IMG/VR virus record: IMGVR_UViG_3300037242_000251
Span: 1-62,720 of that record
From: a virus
Taxonomy: Duplodnaviria; Caudoviricetes
Strand: one strand, 5' to 3'
DNA length: 62,720 bases
The notes beneath the pieces are model-generated. The model had not been told where the DNA came from. It worked only from the letters and a program-made list of their open reading frames with translations, and made no database searches. This document shows, in pieces, positions 54,873-62,720 of this stretch; positions within the stretch are counted from its first letter, which is position 1; every line of letters begins with the position of its first letter. The position numbers and the translations under genes were made by a program.

Positions 54873-56055
54873 CGTCGCCGCGACCTCGAGCAGCGGTATC
54901 GACTACACCATCGCCCTAACCGTCACCGGACCGAAAACGGCGACGATCGATCTCGGCAACGGAGAGAGCTACGCGCTGACCGGAATGCAGCGCAACGGTG
55001 ATTCAGCGACCTGCCAAACCTCAGTGCTGTTCGCCACAGCCCAAGTCGCGGTGCTGGTCGGTCCAGCGTCGGTCGAGATCGAAGTCAGCGGCATTTGGCT
55101 TGCCCCTCCGCCCGCAACCTATGCGATCAGTGCGGCTGACAGCGCCGCCATCATCGCTTGGCTGCAGAACTTCCCCGAAGGAGGCGCCGCAGTGGTCTTC
55201 CCGTACGAATTTGGAAAAGGGCCGCCCTTGTCGTTTCCGTTCAAGTTCGGCCGCCGCAGGATGGTCGCACCGAAGGCGTGCATGCGCTTCCGTGACTATC
55301 AGCTATTGAGCTTCCCTGGCGCGCCGGCATCGGGGGATTACCGTCCACAGGCTGCGCAGGCGCTCGCCCAGATGTACGACAACGATACACTGGGCGACTG
55401 CGTCATCGCCTGGATGGCTCACGCGATCGGCGTCTTTACCGGCAACGCCAGCGGCACGCCGGATATTTTCTCGACGCAGGATATCGTCTCGATGTACGCG
55501 GCGATCGGCGGCTACAACCCGGCCGACCCAAGCACCGACCAGGGCTGCGACGAGAACACCGCGCTCGACTACTGGCAGGCGACTGGCTTCGTCGGTCACA
55601 AGATCAGTGGCATCCTGTCGGTCGACGCCACCAATCCGAAAGAGTGCGCGGCCGCGGTCTGGCTGTTCGAGAATCTGATGTTCGGCGTGGCGTTGCCCGA
55701 CGAGTGGACGCACCCGACTCCCGCCGGCTCCGGCTTCGTCTGGGACGTTGCCGGTGATCCTGACCCAGATCAGGGCCACTGCTTCGGCTCGGCGTCGTGG
55801 GACGAGAATGGCGTCGGGGTGCAGTCGTGGGGCATGAGCGGGTCGATCACTTATGCGGCCGTCGCGAAGTACGCCGTCGCCTCAGCTGGAGGGCAACTGT
55901 TCAGCGTCATCACGCCCGAGATCCTCAACAAGGCGACGCTGAAGTCCCCGGCTGGGTTTGACTTCAATCAGCTCACTGCCGACTTCGTCGGCATGGGCGG
56001 TACGGTGACGACCGCGCAGCCGCCAAACCCGACGCTGGTCGGGAAGAAGGCGTGA
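54856..56055 (+). CDS. Papain-fold cysteine peptidase-like protein with N-terminal extension
   Basis: ND.LGDCV.A (Cys), GHC (His), VQSWG. Confidence 0.65.
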   Translation: MPNSVSVAATSSSGIDYTIALTVTGPKTATIDLGNGESYALTGMQRNGDSATCQTSVLFATAQVAVLVGPASVEIEVSGIWLAPPPATYAISAADSAAIIAWLQNFPEGGAAVVFPYEFGKGPPLSFPFKFGRRRMVAPKACMRFRDYQLLSFPGAPASGDYRPQAAQALAQMYDNDTLGDCVIAWMAHAIGVFTGNASGTPDIFSTQDIVSMYAAIGGYNPADPSTDQGCDENTALDYWQATGFVGHKISGILSVDATNPKECAAAVWLFENLMFGVALPDEWTHPTPAGSGFVWDVAGDPDPDQGHCFGSASWDENGVGVQSWGMSGSITYAAVAKYAVASAGGQLFSVITPEILNKATLKSPAGFDFNQLTADFVGMGGTVTTAQPPNPTLVGKKA

Positions 56056-56240
56056 CGAGATCGAAGTTCCACGGCGCCTCGTGGGCGCTTCTGGTACGAC
56101 GGGCTGAAGGAGGAAAGATCGCACGCATGGCTGAGACAGAGAGGCGGATGCGAGAAGCCTGTGCCGATCCCGACCGTCGTGCGCGTCTCGTGCAGATCGT
56201 CGGCGAAGCGCCGCTGAAACGGTTCTCTGGAGCTGCTTGA
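56052..56240 (+). CDS. Hypothetical protein
   Basis: 62 aa, GTGA-coupled. Confidence 0.45.
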   Translation: MTRSKFHGASWALLVRRAEGGKIARMAETERRMREACADPDRRARLVQIVGEAPLKRFSGAA

Positions 56241-56242
56241 GT

Positions 56243-56962
56243 ATGGCTATGGCGAAGACCCCGTTAGGGCGTGAGGACAACATCGTGACGGAACCCAGGA
56301 ATGGAGGCAGCCGTCCGGTCCCCGATCCGACCGCGCTGACCAACGAGCTCGTCGCACAGGCGACGCTGGCGCTGCGAGAATTTCTTGAGTCTCAAATCGC
56401 CAACGTCAAAGAACTATCCGACCAGAAAGTTCAAGCACTCACTGAGACAGTGGCTGTCTTCAAGACGGCGGTCAACGAACGGTTTCAACTTGGCGACGTC
56501 CAGACCGAGAAGGCGGCGCGCGACGTGAAGTCGGCCGTCGATGCGGCCTTCGCGGCGGCGAAAGAGGCCGTCGGCGAACAGAACAAGTCGAACGCCTTGT
56601 CCATCGCCAAGAGCGAACTCGCCACCACGAAACAGATCGACCAGATCGTCGAGAACCAACGAGTCTCGACCAAAAACACCGATGACAAGATCGACACGCT
56701 CAAGAGCAACTCCGACGACAAGTTCGCTGACCTGAAGAACCGTTTGGTCGCAATGGAGGCGCGCGGCAGCGTGATGGATCCAGCCACCGCGAAAGCCATC
56801 AGCGACATGGCTCATTCGTTGTCAAACTTACGGGCTGGTTCGGATAACGGGGTGGGGCGAGACCAGCAAACTGATCGCATCGGTAATCTGGTGGTCGGAT
56901 TCTTCGCGGTGCTCGCCACTTTGATCTCGCTGGTCGCTATCATCCTTCACTTCGTTCATTGA
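56243..56962 (+). CDS. Coiled-coil protein with C-terminal TM helix
   Basis: PDPT.LT, AVDAAFAAAKEAV.EQN.S...I.KSE..T.KQID. Confidence 0.75.
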   Translation: MAMAKTPLGREDNIVTEPRNGGSRPVPDPTALTNELVAQATLALREFLESQIANVKELSDQKVQALTETVAVFKTAVNERFQLGDVQTEKAARDVKSAVDAAFAAAKEAVGEQNKSNALSIAKSELATTKQIDQIVENQRVSTKNTDDKIDTLKSNSDDKFADLKNRLVAMEARGSVMDPATAKAISDMAHSLSNLRAGSDNGVGRDQQTDRIGNLVVGFFAVLATLISLVAIILHFVH

Positions 56963-57010
56963 CGGCGCTGATCCCCGCTGCGCCGGTCATGCAGGGGAAG
57001 TAGGGCCACG

Positions 57011-57340
57011 TCACGGCACGATAAATCCATCGACGATGCTGCCGTGAAACGCGCAGGCCGGTTTTTTCGGCCCATGCGCAGCTACGGTGTAGTTGATGCT
57101 TGGAGTGATGGTGACGCGCTCAAACCAGTCGGTTGCGCCGGGCATTGGCGTCGCCTGCCAGCGTCTCGGCTCTTCTTCCCGAACGCTCTCACCGAGCAGG
57201 ATTGAACACGCAAATGGTTTGCCACAGCGAGGGCACCAGAACGACAATTCCCAGTCTTCGGTCGGCGCCATCATTACCGGGTGCTGCGTTGTAGCCTTCA
57301 TAATCTGACGAACGTTGGGGCTGAGATCGGCCAAGCGCAT
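57011..57340 (-). CDS. DUF6527-like metal-binding protein
   Basis: F.CP.CG...W...T.TPSI...C.FHG.I.DG. Confidence 0.6.
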   Translation of the reverse strand: MRLADLSPNVRQIMKATTQHPVMMAPTEDWELSFWCPRCGKPFACSILLGESVREEEPRRWQATPMPGATDWFERVTITPSINYTVAAHGPKKPACAFHGSIVDGFIVP

Positions 57341-57352
57341 CTCGTCTCTCCA

Positions 57353-57574
57353 TTATTCCGGCGCGCGAAGGTCGCGGGCGCAGATGGCTTCGTCTTTTCG
57401 TAGCACTTCGCCGGTGTCGAGATTGAGAACGATGACACGGCTCCTACGGTTGCCGCCGACCGGCAGCGTCGCCGCGAAATTCATCGCTTCGGTGGCGCTC
57501 ATGCGATGCCACGTTCTGTGTTCACGCGAGCGACCATCTTCGCTATCTCGCGTGTGGAGAATCTGAGTGACCAT
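57353..57574 (-). CDS. Hypothetical protein
   Basis: 73 aa in the leftward array. Confidence 0.55.
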   Translation of the reverse strand: MVTQILHTRDSEDGRSREHRTWHRMSATEAMNFAATLPVGGNRRSRVIVLNLDTGEVLRKDEAICARDLRAPE

Positions 57575-57575
57575 C

Positions 57576-57644
57576 TTACGTCAGCCCCATCGCCGGTCCT
57601 GCGGCGAGAAGAACGGCGAGGAGGGGGAGGGTGAGGCGGGTCAT
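57576..57644 (-). CDS. 22-aa signal-peptide-only ORF MTRLTLPLLAVLLAAGPAMGLT
   Basis: AAGGAG SD, ATGA-coupled. Confidence 0.45.
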   Translation of the reverse strand: MTRLTLPLLAVLLAAGPAMGLT

Positions 57645-57862
57645 GGGAGGGCTCCTTTGCCGTGGCGCTCTAACTCGTGAACATCACGGCATGAAGGGTT
57701 GCCGCAGACGTGAACGCTCTGCTTGCCGGCGGAATCAATCGCGCAATCGGAACAAGCGAAGATGGTCGGCTTGCCGCAGACTACACACGGAGCGAGCGTG
57801 AACGGGCAATCGTTGTGGCCGACATGCGTTCCGCCGCAAGTTGGGCAGTTCTCAATGCTCAT
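57641..57862 (-). CDS. Cys-rich Zn-binding protein
   Basis: CPTC, CVVC, CSDC, C....C; may start at GTG 57916. Confidence 0.65.
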   Translation of the reverse strand: MSIENCPTCGGTHVGHNDCPFTLAPCVVCGKPTIFACSDCAIDSAGKQSVHVCGNPSCRDVHELERHGKGALP

Positions 57863-57912
57863 GCGCTCATTCCTTCCATTCGCCCAACGCGGGATGCGCT
57901 GGGGGTTTGCAG

Positions 57913-58083
57913 TCACTTGGCGAGCAGCCACACCATGATCTTCGCCAGCGTCCCAGAATCGCAAGCGTAGCCGCGCTCGACCCGACTTAGAGTCGCGTGT
58001 GAAACGCCAATCTGCTTTGCGAGCGCTCGCACAGTGAGCGACCGCGAGTCGCGATAGCCGGATAGCGCCAGACCGAGCTTCAT
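57913..58083 (-). CDS. 56-aa XRE-type HTH protein
   Basis: YR....LTVRALAKQIGVSHATLSRVERG; ATGA-coupled; absent from the ORF track. Confidence 0.75.
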   Translation of the reverse strand: MKLGLALSGYRDSRSLTVRALAKQIGVSHATLSRVERGYACDSGTLAKIMVWLLAK

Positions 58084-58421
58084 CCCTTCCCCTTTCGTAT
58101 GTCTTCGAGAGTTGAGCGGGCGAGGCGGAAGTCTCTAACGATGACCCCCGGTGCGTATCGTCTATTATCGTGCCCTGGAGGATACTTTCCCTCGAAACTA
58201 CGGGCGCATTTGCCAAACGGCTCCAGCGCCTTCTCCGCACGGTCGAGTAGGGCGCGGAGGGTGGCGATCGTGGCGTCGCGGGGGTCGGGCGGCGAATCCC
58301 AAGTGCAGTATTCTGTCTTGCGATCGCCCGTGTTGCGCCAACCGACCATCGTCGGACAATCACAAGGCTTTGTCAGTCCGACGGCTTCTGCGCCACACCC
58401 GCAGCATTTGAACGGAGCCAT
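58080..58421 (-). CDS. Mosaic accessory protein (ALEPF / DFRLARS module)
   Basis: 113 aa; shares a module with the Ea22-like gene. Confidence 0.65.
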   Translation of the reverse strand: MAPFKCCGCGAEAVGLTKPCDCPTMVGWRNTGDRKTEYCTWDSPPDPRDATIATLRALLDRAEKALEPFGKCARSFEGKYPPGHDNRRYAPGVIVRDFRLARSTLEDIRKGKG

Positions 58422-58425
58422 CCCC

Positions 58426-58689
58426 TCATCCCTCCTTGCTGGCACGGTCGGCTGACCGCTTGATCCGCTCGATTTCGTCGTCTAGAGCGCGCTCTAGTGT
58501 CGCCTTAAAATCAAGCTCGTCGTTTATCCAGACTTCGCAGCCAGAGACGTCTATCTTGAGCACGATCGCACGCGGATTGTCGCCGGTCGACGAAATATCA
58601 ACCTCTGGCCCAAATGATGTGACAAGCGCGCGCCAACGAGCCGCGTCTTTCGACGCCACCGCCTCCGGGCTCATATCAACCTCAGCCAT
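58426..58689 (-). CDS. Mosaic accessory protein (MAEVD…RASKEG)
   Basis: Start and stop lie in repeated joints. Confidence 0.7.
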   Translation of the reverse strand: MAEVDMSPEAVASKDAARWRALVTSFGPEVDISSTGDNPRAIVLKIDVSGCEVWINDELDFKATLERALDDEIERIKRSADRASKEG

Positions 58690-58693
58690 TCCC

Positions 58694-59026
58694 TCATCCC
58701 TCCTTGCGGGCGCGGAGCTTCGCAGCCCACTCGCTGATTAAACTCCAGACATCGCCCATGTGTTCAAGGCCACCCGGCGTATCAACGAAACCTGCTTCTT
58801 GTTGCCGGAGATATTCGTCATGGATTCCGACAATATCGTCGCAAATCTGCTTCTCCACCGACTCTGCGGTAGAGGGGGATTCGGCGGCGTGGCTCCCAAG
58901 CACCATTTGGAAGCCCGGTAGATGTTCTCTGGCGGGTCGGCTGGGGTAGTGTGCCACGAGCGACTCGACGATGCGGCCGGCCTCGTCAAAGTCCATGCTG
59001 GCATTGGCGCAGAGCTTCTCACTCAT
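58694..59026 (-). CDS. Mosaic accessory protein (MSE…AESPS…RARKEG)
   Basis: Three joints shared with 60549..60857. Confidence 0.7.
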   Translation of the reverse strand: MSEKLCANASMDFDEAGRIVESLVAHYPSRPAREHLPGFQMVLGSHAAESPSTAESVEKQICDDIVGIHDEYLRQQEAGFVDTPGGLEHMGDVWSLISEWAAKLRARKEG

Positions 59027-59094
59027 CGCGGGGCTCCTTTGGTGGGGTGGTCACGGCTCAATGTTCTCTGCAATCAACACGTCAGATATGAGTT

Positions 59095-59373
59095 CTACGA
59101 TCGTAGGCGAGAACGTGCGAAGCTCTTGCGCCATTTGCCGTTGTTCTCACGGCGCCATTTCGCGCCTGCACGTGCGCAGTTATATGCTTCATCGACCATC
59201 GCTTGATCACTCTCGGGGCGTTCCCCACACGCTATTGCGAACTGCCGATTTCGCGCCCACTCGGCGACACGGCGCTCAAAATCTGTGTCGCGCGCCAGCA
59301 AGATAAACATCGGCTCGTCAGGCAGCGCGTTCCCGTAGCAATCGAATGAACCTGGATTGTTCTTGGTTCCCAT
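59095..59373 (-). CDS. Conserved phage protein (MGTKNNPG.FDCY…DEPMF.LLARD)
   Basis: Recognisable family motif, AGGAGG SD. Confidence 0.75.
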   Translation of the reverse strand: MGTKNNPGSFDCYGNALPDEPMFILLARDTDFERRVAEWARNRQFAIACGERPESDQAMVDEAYNCARAGAKWRRENNGKWRKSFARSRLRS

Positions 59374-59396
59374 CTCATCCCTCCTTGCGGGCGCGG

Positions 59397-59627
59397 TCAT
59401 TTTACCACGCAAGAGCCAAAAAGCTGCGCTAGTCCTTGCAATTGAACGCTTAATAGCGCGTCGGTTTCAGAGGTTAATTTGCTCGCCTGCTCCATCAGCA
59501 TTGCGGCATGAAAAGCGTTGTCGCCACGCAGAAAGACGCCGGGCCAGTCGTCATCTCCAAATTGAATCGGCCCCGTTTCAACACGTCCGCTGGTTTCCGG
59601 CATCGACAGTTTGCGAATCTCACTCAT
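59397..59627 (-). CDS. Conserved phage protein (RVETGP.QFGD.DWPGVF.RGDNA)
   Basis: Recognisable family motif, AAGGAGG SD. Confidence 0.75.
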   Translation of the reverse strand: MSEIRKLSMPETSGRVETGPIQFGDDDWPGVFLRGDNAFHAAMLMEQASKLTSETDALLSVQLQGLAQLFGSCVVK

Positions 59628-60013
59628 CGCGCGCCTCCTTTGGTCTGCGCCTCAGCCTCAGCCTCAAGCTCGGCGGCGCGGCCGATCTCGTTGCCAATAT
59701 GCTTGAGTGCTGCCTCCCATCCTGCACCGAATAGCGGGCCGATTGGCGCTGGGCCTATAAGGTGGCTATCCGCGATCACCTTCGCCATTGCCTCGACGCA
59801 TTCCCGCAGCCCAGCGGCATGGGCGCGGCGGGCGAAGGCGAGTACAAGCTTTGTCGCAAGCCCGATTGCGCGATCAATATACTTTTGCTCTTCGCCGGTG
59901 TTGAGGCACCGCACATATCGCACAGGGTCTGCATAGTGCGACGCGCAGTCCGCCAAGATTTCGATCGCAAGCTCTCTCGCCTCGGTATCGAAGCGGTCGG
60001 GGGGAGGGGTCAT
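59624..60013 (-). CDS. Mosaic accessory protein (MTPPPDRF…RRAHAAG…RAAELEAEA)
   Basis: 129 aa; three joints shared with 61434..61712. Confidence 0.7.
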   Translation of the reverse strand: MTPPPDRFDTEARELAIEILADCASHYADPVRYVRCLNTGEEQKYIDRAIGLATKLVLAFARRAHAAGLRECVEAMAKVIADSHLIGPAPIGPLFGAGWEAALKHIGNEIGRAAELEAEAEAQTKGGAR

Positions 60014-60207
60014 GGCTTGGACTCTCGTTCTCTGCGTTCGATCATTTTGGTGAGTTCGTGTAGGTCTGGCTCTGAGGTCATAACGAAATCGAGCGTCGAC
60101 TCGTTTGGCGTTCGGACAAAAACGGAAATCTTCACGCCGGGCATGAACAGCCACAGCATATTGTCCATGTGCGCCGCAACTTCGTCTTGCACTTCGGCGA
60201 GCGTCAA
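60010..60207 (-). CDS. Hypothetical protein
   Basis: 65 aa, coupled at both ends. Confidence 0.6.
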   Translation of the reverse strand: MTLAEVQDEVAAHMDNMLWLFMPGVKISVFVRTPNESTLDFVMTSEPDLHELTKMIERRERESKP

Positions 60208-60335
60208 TTTCGTTTTTTTCCCATGAGAATGGCGAGAAGAAACACGACGGAGGCGGCGGGGACTGCTATAATCGCAATCACAGTCGCGAGTAGAACATCG
60301 CCGACTGTGATTGCGTGGTGAAGGATAGCATCCAT
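60204..60335 (-). CDS. 43-aa membrane peptide
   Basis: MDAILHHAITVGDVLL…MGKKRN, read by hand. Confidence 0.5.
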   Translation of the reverse strand: MDAILHHAITVGDVLLATVIAIIAVPAASVVFLLAILMGKKRN

Positions 60336-60359
60336 CTTTTCATCCTTCCTTGCGTGGCT

Positions 60360-60545
60360 CTACCGACAGGTACAAGTGCAGCGGCGAGTTCCACCATCAA
60401 CAAATAGTCCCTCGTTGTTCTTCATGCGCGGGCGCTTGCTATATGGCACGAAGTCACGGTCTATTGGGGCCAACACGAAGCGCGCTGAGGGTGTGGTGGG
60501 CTTGACATCACTCGGTGTTGATTTCCAGTTTGGGTCATAAAGCAT
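60360..60545 (-). CDS. Hypothetical protein (MLYDPNW start), possibly a remnant
   Basis: 61 aa; the downstream RKEG joint is out of frame. Confidence 0.4.
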   Translation of the reverse strand: MLYDPNWKSTPSDVKPTTPSARFVLAPIDRDFVPYSKRPRMKNNEGLFVDGGTRRCTCTCR

Positions 60546-60548
60546 TCA

Positions 60549-60857
60549 TCAATCCCTTCTTGCACGGATCGTGGCAGCACATTCCCGCGCTTTAAGTTGA
60601 CTGTCTGATCCGTTAAGGCAATCAGCAGCTAGTTTGTCGCACACTACAGCACATGCCTCCCGTTCCTTCTCCACCGCCTCTGCAACAGAGGGGGATTCGG
60701 CGTATCGGCGATTGAGCGCGTCAACGATGTATTCGGCGATATGCCACTCGCAGACAGCGATATTGACGCCCTCGTGGGTTCCGTTCTCAATCACAGCCTG
60801 ACCATCGTCCAACGGACGGCTGCGGATGAACCAAGGCAGGTGCGGAATCTCACTCAT
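60549..60857 (-). CDS. Mosaic accessory protein (MSEI…AESPS…EREACA…IRAR)
   Basis: 102 aa, AAGGAG SD in repeated joint. Confidence 0.7.
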   Translation of the reverse strand: MSEIPHLPWFIRSRPLDDGQAVIENGTHEGVNIAVCEWHIAEYIVDALNRRYAESPSVAEAVEKEREACAVVCDKLAADCLNGSDSQLKARECAATIRARRD

Positions 60858-61437
60858 CGCGGGGCTCCTTTGGTGGGGTGGGGACTGCGCCCCATTGATC
60901 AGCCATCGCGGCGGCGATACCTGTCAACGTTCGGCTTCGTTCTTTCCAACGATCGGGACCAGGTGATTCGTAATGCACGCGCGGTTCACGCCCCGATACA
61001 ATCTTGGTCGGCTTGAGCGGCGGCAGATTTTTCAGCCAGAGACAGGTCGCCTTTGTCTCGCCGTGGCCGAACTGCCACGGCTGGATGATCTGGTCCGGCT
61101 TGCGGATGCGACTCGATATAATCGAGATCGGATTTTCGAGCGCGATGCATGGTATATCCGCATCAAGAAGTTCCCGAACGAACAGCAAAGCTTCTTTCTG
61201 CTCAGCAACCTTATCCTTAAACCAGCGCGCGCCGCTGACGGCCAAATGGGTGCAAGGAGGATGAGCAATCAGCAAATCCCAATCACCAAAACTCAAGCAT
61301 CCTCGAACGTCGTTTTGATAGTGGTGCGGTGAGCTATCTTCCGCCGGCAAAAGATCGCAGGACCACGCATCATGCCCGCGATCACGGAAAGCGCGGCGCA
61401 CGCCCCCCGAAAATTCGCAGGCGACCAACACCCTCAT
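60850..61437 (-). CDS. Short C5-cytosine methyltransferase-like protein
   Basis: VLVACEFSG, DLL, HPPC, ENP, K.TCLW motifs. Confidence 0.8.
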   Translation of the reverse strand: MRVLVACEFSGGVRRAFRDRGHDAWSCDLLPAEDSSPHHYQNDVRGCLSFGDWDLLIAHPPCTHLAVSGARWFKDKVAEQKEALLFVRELLDADIPCIALENPISIISSRIRKPDQIIQPWQFGHGETKATCLWLKNLPPLKPTKIVSGREPRVHYESPGPDRWKERSRTLTGIAAAMADQWGAVPTPPKEPRDE

Positions 61438-61712
61438 TTCCCCTCTCCCTTCTTCGCCTCAGCCTCAAGCTCGGCGGCGCGGCGCTCAAATTCATCGCGT
61501 AGATTTTGAAAGGACCACCATGTCGGCGTGTTTTCAAATTGCTTCAACGACGCGGCATAGGCTTCAATATAACCGACGCTATTTCTCAACCCCTCCACTT
61601 TCCCAGCGGCATGGGCGCGGCGTAGGGCGCGAGCGATTGCAGGCTCAAATTCAGCGATACCACCAGCTAGGGGTATCGCCTCGGTCTCGAAGCGGTCGGG
61701 GGGAGGGGTCAT
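61434..61712 (-). CDS. Mosaic accessory protein (MTPPPDRF…RRAHAAG…RAAELEAEA)
   Basis: 92 aa, ATGA-coupled. Confidence 0.7.
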   Translation of the reverse strand: MTPPPDRFETEAIPLAGGIAEFEPAIARALRRAHAAGKVEGLRNSVGYIEAYAASLKQFENTPTWWSFQNLRDEFERRAAELEAEAKKGEGK

Positions 61713-62368
61713 GTCTGGGTCTCGGGTGGGGAGGGGAGCGGACGCCAGCCAACTATCTCGAACAAGTCGTCGCCAACATTGAACCCCTCAAATGCGTCGT
61801 GCAGGTTGCCGTCAGAATTAGTCCACTGGTCGTCGAACCAGACGGCATTTTCCACTCGAAATTCGACCGCGAGTTGCTTCGTACCGTCCGCATTCATGAA
61901 ATATGAGCGGCACCACAGGTCGATTGGCTGCATATCGCTCTGACGCGGCGCGCTCTCAATCGGCCGCCACTCATTCTCCGCGCGCAGCTTCGCCAGTTCG
62001 GCGCGGGCGGAGTCGCGTTGGGCGAGCATGGCGGCAGCGTCAGCCAGCGCTTTCTCTTTAAGACGGTAAATTCGTAGATTTGAATCTTCACTATCTCGCA
62101 GTTGTTGAAGTACTTCGGCATCAGAAAGATGGCACGCTGGAACCGATATAGCGTTTGGGCCGAAATGATCGCGCGCCGCCTCGCGTGTTGTGAACGTCTC
62201 GCCACAATGAAAGCATCGCCAACTTTGCTCCGCTCGCTCTGCTCTGGCGAGCAGAGATTCGAGAAAATTGGCAGAGTCCCTGTGGTCTTCCCAGTTGCGG
62301 GCATCATCCTTGCGTAGATCGGCGATCTTTTTCCTCACCGCCTCCGCAGACGTATCGACCTCAGCCAT
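61709..62368 (-). CDS. Mosaic protein: MAEVD start, WRCFHC zinc finger, C-terminal DUF551-like domain
   Basis: WRCFHCGETF...HFG; WRPIESAP...WRPLPSPP; AAGGAG SD. Confidence 0.75.
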   Translation of the reverse strand: MAEVDTSAEAVRKKIADLRKDDARNWEDHRDSANFLESLLARAERAEQSWRCFHCGETFTTREAARDHFGPNAISVPACHLSDAEVLQQLRDSEDSNLRIYRLKEKALADAAAMLAQRDSARAELAKLRAENEWRPIESAPRQSDMQPIDLWCRSYFMNADGTKQLAVEFRVENAVWFDDQWTNSDGNLHDAFEGFNVGDDLFEIVGWRPLPSPPETQT

Positions 62369-62720
62369 TGGGGTTCTCCTTGGCGCGCAGGGCGGAACGG
62401 GCGCGGCGAAGGTCGCCAACCCGAATATGTGGGGCCTCGTTGTGCTGCATCATCGGTCGAAACATGTCGCGGTCAGACTCATCAGAGCCCACGTCACGTT
62501 CTGCCTTGATAGCAAACGGCTCCAGCGCCGCCCGCAACTCCGCGATCGCCTTCGTCTGGGCGTCGAAGGCGTCGAGCAACACGCCGATGCGGTCGGGGGA
62601 GCAGCGGGCGATGTGAAGTAAATTGGCCGCTGCCTCAGCCTTTGGCGGGCAGTCGTTTGCTCCGTCTTCGATTTGATCTAGACCGTTATTGACGTAGACT
62701 TGGCCGATTGCCCCCATATG
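62361..62720 (-). CDS. 3' part of the Ead/Ea22-like protein (starts at 305)
   Basis: Continuous frame across the terminal overlap, 180 aa in total. Confidence 0.7.
   Translation of the reverse strand, partial: HMGAIGQVYVNNGLDQIEDGANDCPPKAEAAANLLHIARCSPDRIGVLLDAFDAQTKAIAELRAALEPFAIKAERDVGSDESDRDMFRPMMQHNEAPHIRVGDLRRARSALRAKENPNG
62599..62720. repeat. Terminal direct repeat (copy 2), circular assembly overlap
   Basis: Identical to 1-122; implied unit genome 62,598 bp. Confidence 0.95.

Noticed and set aside
58080-62529. Array as an integron or shufflon
   Set aside because: No attC-like palindromes or tyrosine recombinase; repeats are direct, of several families, and lie within coding sequence

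Overview
The window is an apparently complete, circularly permuted tailed dsDNA phage genome of about 62.6 kb with high GC. Bases 1-122 repeat exactly at 62599-62720, inside a gene. GapR-like, GcrA-like and HpnG-like genes point to an alphaproteobacterial, probably hopanoid-making, host. Modules: (1) a divergent switch at about 1140-1190; (2) a rightward replication operon (Cro-like, RusA, SNF2 helicase, DUF2800 nuclease, DUF2815 SSB, Dam-like MTase, family A polymerase, SPFH protein, N4C/N6A MTase, primase-helicase, repeat-rich candidate origin); (3) a small leftward early operon and a serine recombinase; (4) terminase with an oppositely oriented portal block; (5) podovirus-like head, tail and ejection genes; (6) an extended lysis region; (7) a leftward array of small accessory genes running through the origin. 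The most unusual signals are: a duplicated antisense-RNA plus coupled leader-peptide cassette (CopA/tap-like) before the MTase and primase genes; an accessory array built from near-identical DNA joints separating unrelated segments, with a chain of collapsed ATGA-coupled mini-ORFs; a PolA with five substituted conserved active-site residues including the steric gate; an HpnG-like hopanoid nucleosidase coupled to the endolysin; a transposase-less IS1595-type cassette; a 14-aa basic micropeptide with a switchable leader; and two palindromic operator families. All product calls come from motif recognition by eye; no database search was run.
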